A DNA stretch of 64,000 nucleotides from an uncultured Gammaproteobacteria bacterium (lineage in GTDB: Bacteria; Patescibacteriota; Microgenomatia; Levybacterales; UBA12049). Position numbers and translations under genes: made by a program. This document shows, in pieces, positions 36,548 through 47,069 of the stretch. The notes beneath the pieces are model-generated. The model worked only from the letters and a program-made list of their open reading frames with translations, was not told the origin of the DNA and did not search any database. Position 1 is the first letter of the stretch, and every line of letters starts with the position of its first letter. The stretch spans positions 8,129 through 72,128 of the forward strand of contig CAZHKZ010000002.1 of the NCBI GenBank assembly GCA_964533055.1, read 5' to 3'.

Positions 36548-37572
36548 AAAAAGTTTCTATATTGATTGTTAATTGGAATGGTTTAAAGCATCTTGAAAAA
36601 TGTCTCCCTACTCTAAGCAAAATTACATATAAGAATCATGAAGTTATTATGGTAGATAATGGTTCAGTGGACAATTCGATTGAATATGTCTCCAAGAATT
36701 ATCCTAAGGTTAAAATTGTTAGAAATAAGATCAATAAAGGATTTTCTGGTGGCAACAATAGTGGGTTGCCATATTGCACAGGTGATTACATTCTATTATT
36801 AAATAACGATACGATTGTCAAAGAAGATTTTGTCACAGAACTTGTGAGGGGAATTGAGGAGGACCCATCGATAGGAGTTGTTCAGGGTAAGTTATTGTCC
36901 ATGGATCATCCGGGTAGACTTGATTCAGTTGGTGCTTTCTTTACAAACACAGGATTCCTGTATCACTATGGCTATTTTCAAAAAGATCAAAGGAAGTTCA
37001 ATTATCCGATATATTTATATACTGCAAAAGGAGCCTGTTTAATGGCAAAGAAGGAAGTTATTAGTAAAGTAGGGTTGTTTGATGATGATTTCTTTGCATA
37101 CTTTGAGGAAACAGATTTTTGTCATAGAGTTTGGTTAGCCGGATACACAATTAAGTATGTTCCTGAGTCACAAATATACCATTTGATTGGTGGAACCTCA
37201 AACACAATGAAAAATGCTTTTATTCAGTTTCATTCTTTTAAAAATCGGATTAATTCTTATATTAAAAATCTTAGCATTCAAAATTTAATATTAGTTTTGC
37301 CTTTGCACTTACTACTTTGCGAGTTTGCAGCAGTAGGATTTTTGGTATATAAAAAACCAGGACATTTTATTGCAGTTAACAAAGCAATTCTTTGGAATAT
37401 CACAAATATTAACAAAACATTAAAAAAACGTACAAAAGTTCAAAAATTAAGAGTGTTTACTGATGCAGAGCTGGCACCCTTAATCTCAAAAACTGTCGGG
37501 TTATCTTATTATTACTACCTTTTTGCCAAAAGCCTTGTTGGCTATACTGACCCAAGAGTAATAAAGAGATAA
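36544..37572 (+). CDS. Family 2 glycosyltransferase
   Basis: Reads VSILIVNWNGLKHLEKCLPTL...VIMVDNGSVDNS...LLLNNDTIV...FFAYFEETDFCHRVWLAGY. ATGA overlap. Confidence 0.8.
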   Translation: MKKVSILIVNWNGLKHLEKCLPTLSKITYKNHEVIMVDNGSVDNSIEYVSKNYPKVKIVRNKINKGFSGGNNSGLPYCTGDYILLLNNDTIVKEDFVTELVRGIEEDPSIGVVQGKLLSMDHPGRLDSVGAFFTNTGFLYHYGYFQKDQRKFNYPIYLYTAKGACLMAKKEVISKVGLFDDDFFAYFEETDFCHRVWLAGYTIKYVPESQIYHLIGGTSNTMKNAFIQFHSFKNRINSYIKNLSIQNLILVLPLHLLLCEFAAVGFLVYKKPGHFIAVNKAILWNITNINKTLKKRTKVQKLRVFTDAELAPLISKTVGLSYYYYLFAKSLVGYTDPRVIKR

Positions 37573-37594
37573 TGTATTAATCTATCTCAACAAA

Positions 37595-39703
37595 ATGCGT
37601 AAAGCAATAACTCTTGTTTTTTTTGTTCTCCTCTCGATTCTATTTTATAGAAATATCTTCAATGGATATTTTCAATCTGATGAATGGTTTTACTTCTCAC
37701 AATTCTTGCCTATACTCAATGGATTAGGTGGCTTATACGTTGCTTTAATCAAAAGTATTACAGAAACCGGAGTAATATCGGGAGGTGGCCATATGACCCC
37801 AATATATACTTTAATTTGGTATCTGCATAATTTGTTTTTTAAATTAAATTACTTTCCATACATCTTCATCAGTGTTCTGGTTCATGGAGTGAATGGTGCA
37901 CTTCTTTTCTCGTGGGTGTATTCACTAACTAAACGCATCTCTATCTCTATGGTGGCAGGAATATTTTTTGTAACTAGCTTTGCTCATTTTCAAGCTGTTA
38001 CGTGGGTAATGGCATACATTCCTACGGTTTATTCAGTGTTCTTTTTATTAATTTCCCTACTGTTGCTCACTCAATCCCTTTCAGGGCAGTTGATAGGGAA
38101 AAGAAAATTAATAGCGTCATTGATCTTTCTTATTTTAGCCATCTTAACCAAGGAGACAGCAGTTGTCGGACTTGTCATCTATATAATGCTTATCTTAATC
38201 CTAAAAAAATCCTCATTTATTCCGCTTCTATTTAAATGGCTTGTTCCAATTAGTATTGCATATATTTTGTTTCGCTTCGTACTTTCAGCGGTTGTTGAAA
38301 GATCATCAGTTGCTTTACTAGATAAGCTGCCACCCTTAGATCTTAATATCTTTAGAGCAATTGTTTATCCTATTAGAATAATGGCGTTATCATTTGTGCC
38401 TGTGCCACAAATATTAAAATTATCTGACAACTTTAGTAAATTTGCATACCCATCATTTGATATTAATAGTGGTGCGCAGCAGCGAGTCATTCAGGGGCCA
38501 GTAAGTGACATCTTCCTACTATTATTTGGAGTATTAATCATCTTTACTGCGATAAAGATAGGAAGAGGGCGAAATTTGCATAGAAAAGAAATGTGGATTG
38601 TCTACATGAGCCTTGTGATTGTTCTAACCTGTGCATTGCCACTACTATTGATCTCAACGTATGCACCATGGTGGGGATTTTCAATTTTTATAGATCCGAG
38701 GCATATCTATATTGGGTCTATTGGTGCTGGAATACTGTTTGCATTCCTTTTTTCAACTATTAGCTCCTCACTTTCAAAGTATATTTCTAAAGGGGTAATA
38801 CATGGGCTTCTTTTTGTAATTTTACTAACATGGATGTGGGCAAATTACAACCTATTGCAAGCTCAAATTGCAGAGGATGTTAAGGTTGGAAGAATGAGGC
38901 AGACCGTTATAGCAAGTCTTTTAAATAGTGTCAAAGTATTGCCAGAAAATGCGATCTTTCTTGTTGAAAGCCAAAATTCTTATTATGGCTTTAGTCATAT
39001 TCCACCTTTCCAAACTAACTTAGGGCAAATAATAGCAGTACAGTATTTTAACAAAGGACAAATTGAAAAAGCTTTTGTAACAGACCTCTATTTCTCTAAA
39101 GGAATAGAAGTTCAAGGTGTTATTTCTCACGAGGGCCATAGTTTTGGATATTATTTTAATCAGAATGCATTATTGCGTGATATTCTTAATAAAAAGATTT
39201 TACCTCAAAATATTGTTGCATTTACATGGGATGAGAATACAAACACATTAAAAAACAATTCGATAGAAAAGAGAAAACTATATGCAGAATTCTCTTCAAC
39301 TGCAAAACTATTGCAGGACTGGACTAAAAAATCAGATAAGCTATTCTCATTTTCGTATCCAAAGGAGGCAGAGTTGAGCGAATTCCCTGGGCAATTGTAT
39401 AGTTATGAAATATCTAGTGTGATGGGTGGGGTTAAGATTGAAATTCTTCAGAAGAAAAAAGAAGATCCATTCCATGAATATATTGCAACTCAAATTGACA
39501 GTCGTGGGAATTTAATTCAGGATGACTTTTTGATAGATAACGCAATCAGATATGACGGTACACTTGTCACATATTTAAAATTAAAAAATTATGAAGAGTA
39601 TTTCGTTCCATTCTCATCTGGTGAGTACTATTTAAAGGTAACTTCAGACAATCCAGACAATAATGTGTTGGTAAAAGGTATTCTTAGCACTATATTTTTT
39701 TAA
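37595..39703 (+). CDS. Uncharacterized large membrane protein (N-terminal roughly 470-aa polytopic domain plus roughly 230-aa soluble C-terminal domain)
   Basis: 702 aa. The loop after TM1 contains FQSDEWFYFSQF, a possible GT-C D/E motif. No confident family. Confidence 0.5.
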   Translation: MRKAITLVFFVLLSILFYRNIFNGYFQSDEWFYFSQFLPILNGLGGLYVALIKSITETGVISGGGHMTPIYTLIWYLHNLFFKLNYFPYIFISVLVHGVNGALLFSWVYSLTKRISISMVAGIFFVTSFAHFQAVTWVMAYIPTVYSVFFLLISLLLLTQSLSGQLIGKRKLIASLIFLILAILTKETAVVGLVIYIMLILILKKSSFIPLLFKWLVPISIAYILFRFVLSAVVERSSVALLDKLPPLDLNIFRAIVYPIRIMALSFVPVPQILKLSDNFSKFAYPSFDINSGAQQRVIQGPVSDIFLLLFGVLIIFTAIKIGRGRNLHRKEMWIVYMSLVIVLTCALPLLLISTYAPWWGFSIFIDPRHIYIGSIGAGILFAFLFSTISSSLSKYISKGVIHGLLFVILLTWMWANYNLLQAQIAEDVKVGRMRQTVIASLLNSVKVLPENAIFLVESQNSYYGFSHIPPFQTNLGQIIAVQYFNKGQIEKAFVTDLYFSKGIEVQGVISHEGHSFGYYFNQNALLRDILNKKILPQNIVAFTWDENTNTLKNNSIEKRKLYAEFSSTAKLLQDWTKKSDKLFSFSYPKEAELSEFPGQLYSYEISSVMGGVKIEILQKKKEDPFHEYIATQIDSRGNLIQDDFLIDNAIRYDGTLVTYLKLKNYEEYFVPFSSGEYYLKVTSDNPDNNVLVKGILSTIFF

Positions 39704-39722
39704 ATGTATATGATAATAACTA

Positions 39723-40421
39723 TTGAGTAATAATTTTATGAAAAGTCACGAAAAAAATACTTTTGAAGAAAAATACTTCCAAGGTTGGTACAAAGCGGCA
39801 GTTGGTAATTTTGAGCCAACCGATTTAAGAATAGCTAAGAATTGGTTTTGGGCATGGCTTAAAAAAATTGAACAGTATCTTCCATTACAAAATGGAAAAG
39901 GTAAATCTGTTCTGGAAATTGGCTGCTCAATCGGTGCAGTTGCAAACCTTTTAGTTGAGAAAGGATTTGATGTGACGGCAACAGACATTTCTAAATATGC
40001 GGTTAAGAATGCAGGAAAATTAACTCCAAAAGCGAAATTTAAAGTTCTCGATATTGAGAATATTGGTTCTATTTCTAAATTATATAATTACGTTATCTGT
40101 TTTGAGGTGGTGGAACATCTTGTACATCCTGAGAAGGGTATTAGCAATATGTATAAGCTTTTGAAGAAAAACGGGTTTGTAATTATTTCAACACCATATC
40201 CATATTCATGGAACTATGGAGATCCAACGCATATTAGTGTTAAATATCCTATTGAATGGGTGCTGCTGCTTAGAAACGCTGGTTTTAGAGATATAAAGTA
40301 TTATAAATTTACCCTTATTCCCTTTTTCTATAGATTTTCGAAGTATTTTCAAATTATTATTCCATTTCACATCCAGATTCCAAAACTAAATTGCCCTATA
40401 ATCTTTATTGCTAAAAAGTGA
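39723..40421 (+). CDS. Class I SAM-dependent methyltransferase
   Basis: Reads VLEIGCSIGAVANLLVEKGFDVTATDIS ... YVICFEVVEHLVHPEKG. 232 aa. Several candidate ATGs exist at the 5' end. Confidence 0.7.
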   Translation: MSNNFMKSHEKNTFEEKYFQGWYKAAVGNFEPTDLRIAKNWFWAWLKKIEQYLPLQNGKGKSVLEIGCSIGAVANLLVEKGFDVTATDISKYAVKNAGKLTPKAKFKVLDIENIGSISKLYNYVICFEVVEHLVHPEKGISNMYKLLKKNGFVIISTPYPYSWNYGDPTHISVKYPIEWVLLLRNAGFRDIKYYKFTLIPFFYRFSKYFQIIIPFHIQIPKLNCPIIFIAKK

Positions 40422-43400
40422 AGAAGCAAACATATATTCACCTCCTCATTATTGTATCAATTGGTTTACTGCCACTGCTTTGGTTCACAAGTGGTACGTT
40501 AATTCTTGGGCATGATGCAGGTTTGCCATTTGACCCAATGACCCATTTTCTAGATAGGCTTTATGTCTGGACTCAGCGTTTTGGTATGGGATCAGACCAG
40601 AGTTCCGCATTGTTAGGAGCTGTTTTTATTCATGGAATAGAGGCTCTATTGAATCTACTTCCTATTTCTCTGCAGATGCAGCAGAAAATTCAGTTTGTTT
40701 TTTGGTTTACACTTCCTGGTATTACGATGTATATTTTTACATCAAAAATATGGCGAGAAAAGAAATATCTGCCAGTTGTAGCATCAATAATTTATATGCT
40801 GAACTACTACCTGCTACAGGGCTGGTTTATTGCTGAGAGGACTAAATTTTCGACATATGCTGCTCTACCATTAGTGATGTACTTCATATTAGTTTACTTG
40901 CAAAAAAAGATGAAGTTATTACCAGCTATTTTGGGAGCAGGGCTAACTCTGAGTATTTTGAATGGAGCCGGTAGTTTTCCCTTATATGGCGGATTATTGA
41001 TTGCAATCGGGATTAGTTATTTATTCATTTTATTTCTATCTCCTAATTTAAAGACACTTTTAAGGATATCCTACTTAAATGTAGGCGTTGGAGTAGTCTA
41101 TGTAATTTTAAATGCGTATTGGTTATTCCCATATCTTTCATATGTCACTAGTTTTTATGGTCGAGACCTGGCAATGGCCGGAGGACCAGATGGTGTATTA
41201 AATTGGGCATCCTATCTCACGCTTCACACAACATTTTTTAACCTTCTTTTCGGACAAGGTGTGCCGGACTGGTATTTGAACAAGTTTCATGCATATTCTG
41301 GAATCGTGTTGAGCAATTCATTTTTCTCTCTTTTTAGTGGATTACTATTACTATTCTTATCGATATCAGTAGTCGTCAAAAAATCTACTAAGGATAATTT
41401 TTATATTTTCCTTTTTTGGATTATAACTTTTGTCGCAATTATATTCTCAGCAGGACCAAGTTCTCCTTTTGGATTTATTTATGAGTTTTGCGTTAGGTAT
41501 GTTCCTGGTTTTGCCATGTTTAGAAGTTCTTATTACAAATTTAACTATGCAATGTGGTTTGGATTTAGTGTTTTGATCGCATTTTCTCTCGATCACATTT
41601 TGACATGGATTCACAAAACAATGAATACTAAGATTCTGGTAATTGTGTCTGCGTTATTATTCACTGGATATCTTGGGTATCACTATACAGTAATGACCGG
41701 AGGTTTTTTTGATTATAATCGTGAGCCAAATCATCAATTGAGTAATCGGATCACTGTCCCACAATATGTCTTCGATTTTGGTAAATGGGTGAATACACAG
41801 AATATTGATACTAGATATCTTATTTTGCCTGATATTAATGATTCAGGTTATATTTCATATAAGTGGGGATATTGGAGTTTGGCTACAATTAATAGTCTGC
41901 AAAACAGAAGTTCGTTTATTCAGAATAATTCATTAATGCCAGAGCGTGAACGTAGCGAAATTAAGCAGATGTCTCAGGCTCTTCTTAGTGGTGAGATAGA
42001 TAGTTTTCTAGATTATGCATCTCTTTTTGCAGTAGACAAAATTGTTCTTCAAAATGATGTTGACTGGGATAATTCATCTTGGATTTCTACCAATCCTGAA
42101 AATTATAGAAATATCATTGAGAGAAATAAAATCTTTAAGAAGGAACGGGAGTTTGGTAAATGGACTGTATATTCAATTGAAAATAGTAAAAGACTGCGTG
42201 TTTCAGCCTCGCCATCTGTTAGCTATCTTCAGGGCTCACTTCGAGATATAGTCTCTTTTAAGGACTTTGATGCTACAGTCCCACTCTATATTACAGGTGA
42301 ATCTGCACAGAAGGATTTATATTACTTGAATCAATCCAGCAACAAATATATCTCAGCAGATTGCATAGAGTGTGATGGTATTGAGACAGGTTACAAATTT
42401 GAATTTTTTAATCCAAAAATTTTGCCTAATTCACCTTTATATTTTCTTGTGAGGGAAAAGGAGGATAAAGTTGAAAAGAGTGCGAATGATTTTGAATCAA
42501 AAGTAAATTTCTACTTAACAACCGCTGATAGAAGAGCTATTGAAATTAAGTGGATGATGGATACAGGGGAGAAATCTGCCGTAGGCCCAACGATACTTCG
42601 TTATAAGAATAGTTTATCTTCACTTGAAAATTTAATTAATAAAGGTGGATCACCTTCTGATTTTGAGAAAAATAATTCTATTTTTCAGACAGTAAATGGC
42701 CATCTTCAAAAGCAACAAGAACTACTTGGATCTTTGGATGATGATTCAGTGCTTACTGAAGTATCTGGGAGATTAAACAAGCTTATCAGGACGACAGATA
42801 GATTAAAGTTTATAACCAGGCAGTTGAATCAGAAACGATTCATTATCAACGCTCCGATAGAGGACGTCTACAAGATATATGTAAAACACCCAAGTAACGA
42901 TTCGAAGTTAGACGTGCAATCGCCAATCTTGACCATAGACGGTGCCTCTCAGCTATTTGTAAGCCAAGAAGGTAGCTGGAGTAATTTTGGGGAGGTAGCC
43001 TTAAGTAAAGGTCAGCACAAGATCGAGCTAACTGAATCTACGATTAAGAATTTAGTAACAGAAAAAGCCACGTTTCCGTTCGGTGAGAGTGGGATTATGA
43101 GTAGTAATAATATACATACTTTTAATAACGCTAGTATAGGAAGGTGTATTGCCTTGCCTATTCCAGATCAGTCTGTAACAACTGATCAATCGTACCTAGT
43201 CTCATTTTCTTATAGAAATAATAATGGCCCGCTCGCATTAGTGGCTTTTGTAAGTCCAGATAAAAACCTCTCATCCCCCCATATTTTGGACACAAAGCTG
43301 AAGTCATCTAGTGAATGGTCATCATTTACCTATCTTGTGACACCTGCTGTAAAAAATACTACTTTCAATATTTGTAATCCAAATCAAGAGGGGGAGAAAG

Positions 43401-43840
43401 CCTCGAAGACTCGAGCCATAGCTGAAATATCACAAGTAAAGGTCGAGAGAATTACATATCCAAGTATTCTTTTGTTTAAAAAAAGAGATATCAGCGTGCT
43501 TGCAAATATAAAAACTTCCTATAAGAAGCTAGATCCAGTAACGTATAGCATAAGTACTTCAGGATCTACCGGGTCAGCCTCAATTGCAATGAGAGAGTAC
43601 TATGGTCAAAACTGGATTCTCTGTGATGAGAAGGAAATTTGCACATCCCCAAATGACAAATCGCATTTCGCGTCAGCAGGTTATGCAAATGGATGGTATT
43701 TTGAAGATGGGTTGTCGGGTAAGGTTACGCTTAGGTTTCAATCGCAGGGACTATATGTTAAAGGTGCCTTTTTGTCTATTATTGGCTATATAGTTTCAGC
43801 AATTATATTAATAATATGGAAAAGAAGAATAAAAAGTTAA
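40418..43840 (+). CDS. Giant membrane protein: N-terminal polytopic (GT-C-like) domain, roughly 700-aa extracytoplasmic region, C-terminal TM anchor (AftD-like architecture)
   Basis: 1140 aa with a GTG start overlapping the upstream TGA. About 12 TM helices in the first roughly 420 aa, then a long hydrophilic region. It ends ...ANGWYFEDGLSGKVTLRFQSQGLYVKGAFLSIIGYIVSAIILIIWKRRIKS, which includes a terminal TM helix. Confidence 0.55.
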   Translation: MKKQTYIHLLIIVSIGLLPLLWFTSGTLILGHDAGLPFDPMTHFLDRLYVWTQRFGMGSDQSSALLGAVFIHGIEALLNLLPISLQMQQKIQFVFWFTLPGITMYIFTSKIWREKKYLPVVASIIYMLNYYLLQGWFIAERTKFSTYAALPLVMYFILVYLQKKMKLLPAILGAGLTLSILNGAGSFPLYGGLLIAIGISYLFILFLSPNLKTLLRISYLNVGVGVVYVILNAYWLFPYLSYVTSFYGRDLAMAGGPDGVLNWASYLTLHTTFFNLLFGQGVPDWYLNKFHAYSGIVLSNSFFSLFSGLLLLFLSISVVVKKSTKDNFYIFLFWIITFVAIIFSAGPSSPFGFIYEFCVRYVPGFAMFRSSYYKFNYAMWFGFSVLIAFSLDHILTWIHKTMNTKILVIVSALLFTGYLGYHYTVMTGGFFDYNREPNHQLSNRITVPQYVFDFGKWVNTQNIDTRYLILPDINDSGYISYKWGYWSLATINSLQNRSSFIQNNSLMPERERSEIKQMSQALLSGEIDSFLDYASLFAVDKIVLQNDVDWDNSSWISTNPENYRNIIERNKIFKKEREFGKWTVYSIENSKRLRVSASPSVSYLQGSLRDIVSFKDFDATVPLYITGESAQKDLYYLNQSSNKYISADCIECDGIETGYKFEFFNPKILPNSPLYFLVREKEDKVEKSANDFESKVNFYLTTADRRAIEIKWMMDTGEKSAVGPTILRYKNSLSSLENLINKGGSPSDFEKNNSIFQTVNGHLQKQQELLGSLDDDSVLTEVSGRLNKLIRTTDRLKFITRQLNQKRFIINAPIEDVYKIYVKHPSNDSKLDVQSPILTIDGASQLFVSQEGSWSNFGEVALSKGQHKIELTESTIKNLVTEKATFPFGESGIMSSNNIHTFNNASIGRCIALPIPDQSVTTDQSYLVSFSYRNNNGPLALVAFVSPDKNLSSPHILDTKLKSSSEWSSFTYLVTPAVKNTTFNICNPNQEGEKASKTRAIAEISQVKVERITYPSILLFKKRDISVLANIKTSYKKLDPVTYSISTSGSTGSASIAMREYYGQNWILCDEKEICTSPNDKSHFASAGYANGWYFEDGLSGKVTLRFQSQGLYVKGAFLSIIGYIVSAIILIIWKRRIKS

Positions 43841-44211
43841 TAAATCAAAGTAATATTTTGATTAGAATCTTGTCTAAGGACAGCGTGCGACTATTGATCT
43901 TAGTCACTTTACTAGTGTTAACAATTATCTCAGGCAAGTTCCCCTACGTAAATCTGATTGCAAATCATTATTTCTATGGAATTGGAGTCGTGATGGTGCT
44001 TGCGTTGTTATTTTTTAAACAATACATTAATGAAAGGAGAAATAAGATTATACTAATTTGCGAAATTGTCATAGCAGTAATAGTCAAGATTATCGGGAAT
44101 CAACAGGTAGAAGATATAGTTGGTTTTATTTTATTCGTTACATTATTATTAATTGTAATACTTGGCATAGCATCGCAAAGAAGTAAGCTCGCTTTGTATT
44201 TGAAGAAATGA
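43816..44211 (+). CDS. Hypothetical small membrane protein
   Basis: 131 aa with 3 hydrophobic helices. It overlaps the end of the upstream gene by 25 nt, and the downstream gene is ATGA-coupled to it. Confidence 0.4.
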   Translation: MEKKNKKLINQSNILIRILSKDSVRLLILVTLLVLTIISGKFPYVNLIANHYFYGIGVVMVLALLFFKQYINERRNKIILICEIVIAVIVKIIGNQQVEDIVGFILFVTLLLIVILGIASQRSKLALYLKK

Positions 44212-46100
44212 ATACATTACTCAGGGGAGATTGGAGATTTTTTTGGCCAGAGAATCTCAATTATTTTATTGGATTTCCACAAGCATGGGATAGTAGTCTA
44301 AATACTGGCATTGGTCAGTCTGGAATCGCAACGCTTTGGATATCTGGATATCTTTATATAACTAATACATTGTCGCTACTAGGCCTATCTTGGACTATGA
44401 TCACATTGGTCTGTTGGATATTGCCAATTGTGTTGCTATGTTTTTTTGGTACCTACTCTCTCTTTAAGTATCTTTTTCCAGAACAGGGTAGATATGCATT
44501 TTTTGCAGGGATACTATACCTCTTTAATACCTATTTTCTATTAATTCTCTCAGGTGGACAGTTAGGCGTAGGATTAGCGTATTCAATATTTCCATTTACG
44601 ATATATTTCTTCCTAAAATTATTGGGGAACGTTTCAAGATATAATATTCTATGTTTTTCGTTAGTTTTCTCAGTACTTTTATTATTTGATTTGAGGTTTG
44701 CTTATATGTTCCTATTGGTTGCTCCAGTACTACTAATAGTTGGATTTAGAAAAGATTCAGTTAAATCCTATATTTACTCACTACCAATTATTGGAATAAT
44801 AGTTTTCCTTTTACATAGTTATTGGATAATTCCTTTGCAGATATTTAAGCCAACTGTAAATAAGGTTGTTTCTGGTGGTATTGAGGAGTTCAAATATTTT
44901 AGTTTTGCCGACTTCTCGCATGCATTAACATTTATTCATCCTAACTGGCCAAATAATATTTTTGGAAAAGTATCATTTCAAATTCCGCAATTTCTTCTCG
45001 TCCCATTATTAGCATTTTCCTCATATTTATTTCTTACAAAAAAGAATATGAAAAAGATTTTATGCTTAATGACTCTGCTATTTGTCGGTGTGTTTCTCGC
45101 AAAAGGTTCTACGGATCCGCTCCTCTTCGTAAATGATTTTATCTTTATGAATATTCCAGGAATGAGTCTATTTCGAGATCCAACAAAATTTTATGTATAT
45201 ATCTCAGTATCATTCTCTATGCTTCTTCCATTTGCTGCGTACCATATCTCCGAGTTGGTGGCTAAGAAATTCTCATCTGCAAGGCAATATCTTTTCTATA
45301 GCTTCATAATCGGTTGGTTATTATTACTTTTCTCTTCAGGGAATATAAAACTATTGCAATCATTTCTTCCAAGTCCTGTCCCTGATGACTATAGAGAGCT
45401 TACAAAATTTATTTCATCACAAGATCAGTCATTTAGAACATTTTGGGTGCCTCAGTGGCAAAGGTACGGATATTTTTCTCCAATTCATCCCGCTATAGGT
45501 AGAAATGAATTTATTGAAAATTCTTCTATATCATCTATTAAGAAATGGTTCGGACAGAAAGAAGCGGAGAAAACATTGATCGCTTCTGGAGTAAGATTCG
45601 TAATAGTCCCATTTGATTCTGAGAGTGAGATCTTTTTAACCGATAGGAAGTTCGATAAGAAAGTTTATCAAGATTTAGATACTTTCTTAAGTAAGGTCAC
45701 CTTCCTTGAAAATAGGCGCGCTTTTGGAAGGATAATTACCTATGAAGTCATAGATTCAAAGCCTAGAATTTGGGCGAACAATTCAAAGGTTAAGTTTTCA
45801 TACCTAGGTAATAACGGGTATTCACTAGAGGTAATGAATGGGAAAAAGGGAGAAACTATTCATTTTTCTGAAGGTTTTGACAATGGCTGGAGACTTATAG
45901 CTGATCAAGGAGAGGTAAATCCATTAAGGGATGGTAACTATTTTATGAAGTTTGAATTACCCAGTGATAGTGAGGAGCTAAAGTTGATTTATCGTCCTCA
46001 AAAACTTGTTGAAGTTCTCTCCATCATGAGTCTTGTCCTATTCATTGCTATGACATTCATTATCATAAGGGACAAAAAACTATTTAAATCTTCTAAGTAA
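44208..46100 (+). CDS. Large membrane protein, AftD/YfhO-like architecture (polytopic N-domain, extracytoplasmic domain, C-terminal TM anchor)
   Basis: 630 aa. The C-terminus DNGWRLIADQGEV...IYRPQKLVEVLSIMSLVLFIAMTFIIIRDKK parallels the xNGW...terminal-TM ending of the gene at 40418. Confidence 0.5.
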   Translation: MNTLLRGDWRFFWPENLNYFIGFPQAWDSSLNTGIGQSGIATLWISGYLYITNTLSLLGLSWTMITLVCWILPIVLLCFFGTYSLFKYLFPEQGRYAFFAGILYLFNTYFLLILSGGQLGVGLAYSIFPFTIYFFLKLLGNVSRYNILCFSLVFSVLLLFDLRFAYMFLLVAPVLLIVGFRKDSVKSYIYSLPIIGIIVFLLHSYWIIPLQIFKPTVNKVVSGGIEEFKYFSFADFSHALTFIHPNWPNNIFGKVSFQIPQFLLVPLLAFSSYLFLTKKNMKKILCLMTLLFVGVFLAKGSTDPLLFVNDFIFMNIPGMSLFRDPTKFYVYISVSFSMLLPFAAYHISELVAKKFSSARQYLFYSFIIGWLLLLFSSGNIKLLQSFLPSPVPDDYRELTKFISSQDQSFRTFWVPQWQRYGYFSPIHPAIGRNEFIENSSISSIKKWFGQKEAEKTLIASGVRFVIVPFDSESEIFLTDRKFDKKVYQDLDTFLSKVTFLENRRAFGRIITYEVIDSKPRIWANNSKVKFSYLGNNGYSLEVMNGKKGETIHFSEGFDNGWRLIADQGEVNPLRDGNYFMKFELPSDSEELKLIYRPQKLVEVLSIMSLVLFIAMTFIIIRDKKLFKSSK

Positions 46101-46102
46101 TT

Positions 46103-46130
46103 TTGCGTTTATCAAATAGAATGCTAAAAT
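46103..46130 (+). promoter_or_regulatory. Candidate promoter (TTGCGT-16 nt-TAAAAT) for the GtrB-like gene, leaderless geometry
   Basis: The -10 ends 6 nt before the ATG at 46137. It lies in a 36-nt gap following a 13-gene translationally coupled run. Confidence 0.25.
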
Positions 46131-46136
46131 AGAAGC

Positions 46137-47069
46137 ATGATCAGTATCGTAGTCCCCGTATATAATGAGGAGGAGAGTCTCCAGGCATTTTATGATGAGT
46201 TGATCCTTCGTATCCCATCGTTTACCAAATCATATGAGGTTATTTTTGTAGATGATGGATCAACTGATGACTCCTTGAATATTCTTAAGAAATTAGCTCA
46301 AAAAGATAAGAATGTTAAGATATTTTCTCTCAGAAAAAATAGTGGCAAGGCAGAGGCTCTGACATTAGGCTTTCAGATGGCTAAGGGAAATGCAATTGTT
46401 ACTCTAGATGCAGATCTTCAAGATCAACCAAAAGAAATTCAGAAGCTTCTTTCACTGCAAAAAAATGGCGTGGATGTTGTCTGTGGCTGGAGAAAAGATC
46501 GTAAAGATAAATCCAAGATGAAGGTGATCTCGAAGATCTTTAACCTTTTAGTGCGTAAAGTCTTTGACATAAATATTCATGATTATAATTGCGGAATGAA
46601 ACTCTATACCTCTGAGGCAGCAAAAAGCCTGAGGTTGTATGGTGGGATGCATAGATTTATCCCAATCCTTGTGAGTGAGCAAGGCTTTAGTGTTGATGAA
46701 ATGCCAATAGAGCATGTACAACGTATGTTTGGCAAATCTAAATACGGCTTTTCAAAGATCTTCAAAGATGTTCCCGATATGTTCACTATGATATTTCTGA
46801 TGAAGTATCGCAAGCAGCCACTCCATTTCTTTGGCGCTATTGGTGGCGCAGTTTTTTCAGGTGGATTCGTTATTTTGTCTTATCTCACGCTCATTAAGCT
46901 CTTTTCAGGACAGTCTATCGGCGGGAGACCCCTTCTCTTTCTAGGAGTACTTCTTGTTGTAGTAGGTATACAAATCTTCTTTACTGGATTTCTAGCAGAG
47001 TTGATTATAAATATTTCGCAGAGAAATAGGCCAATATTGCCTCTTCGTTATAGTACTGATTCTCAATGA
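46137..47069 (+). CDS. GtrB/ArnC-like polyprenol-phosphate glycosyltransferase (GT2 with C-terminal TM helices)
   Basis: Reads ISIVVPVYNEEESLQAFYDEL...VIFVDDGSTDDS...NSGKAEALTLGFQMAKGNAIVTLDADLQDQP. Two C-terminal TM helices follow (FFGAIGGAVFSGGFVILSYL, LLFLGVLLVVVGIQIFF). Confidence 0.8.
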   Translation: MISIVVPVYNEEESLQAFYDELILRIPSFTKSYEVIFVDDGSTDDSLNILKKLAQKDKNVKIFSLRKNSGKAEALTLGFQMAKGNAIVTLDADLQDQPKEIQKLLSLQKNGVDVVCGWRKDRKDKSKMKVISKIFNLLVRKVFDINIHDYNCGMKLYTSEAAKSLRLYGGMHRFIPILVSEQGFSVDEMPIEHVQRMFGKSKYGFSKIFKDVPDMFTMIFLMKYRKQPLHFFGAIGGAVFSGGFVILSYLTLIKLFSGQSIGGRPLLFLGVLLVVVGIQIFFTGFLAELIINISQRNRPILPLRYSTDSQ

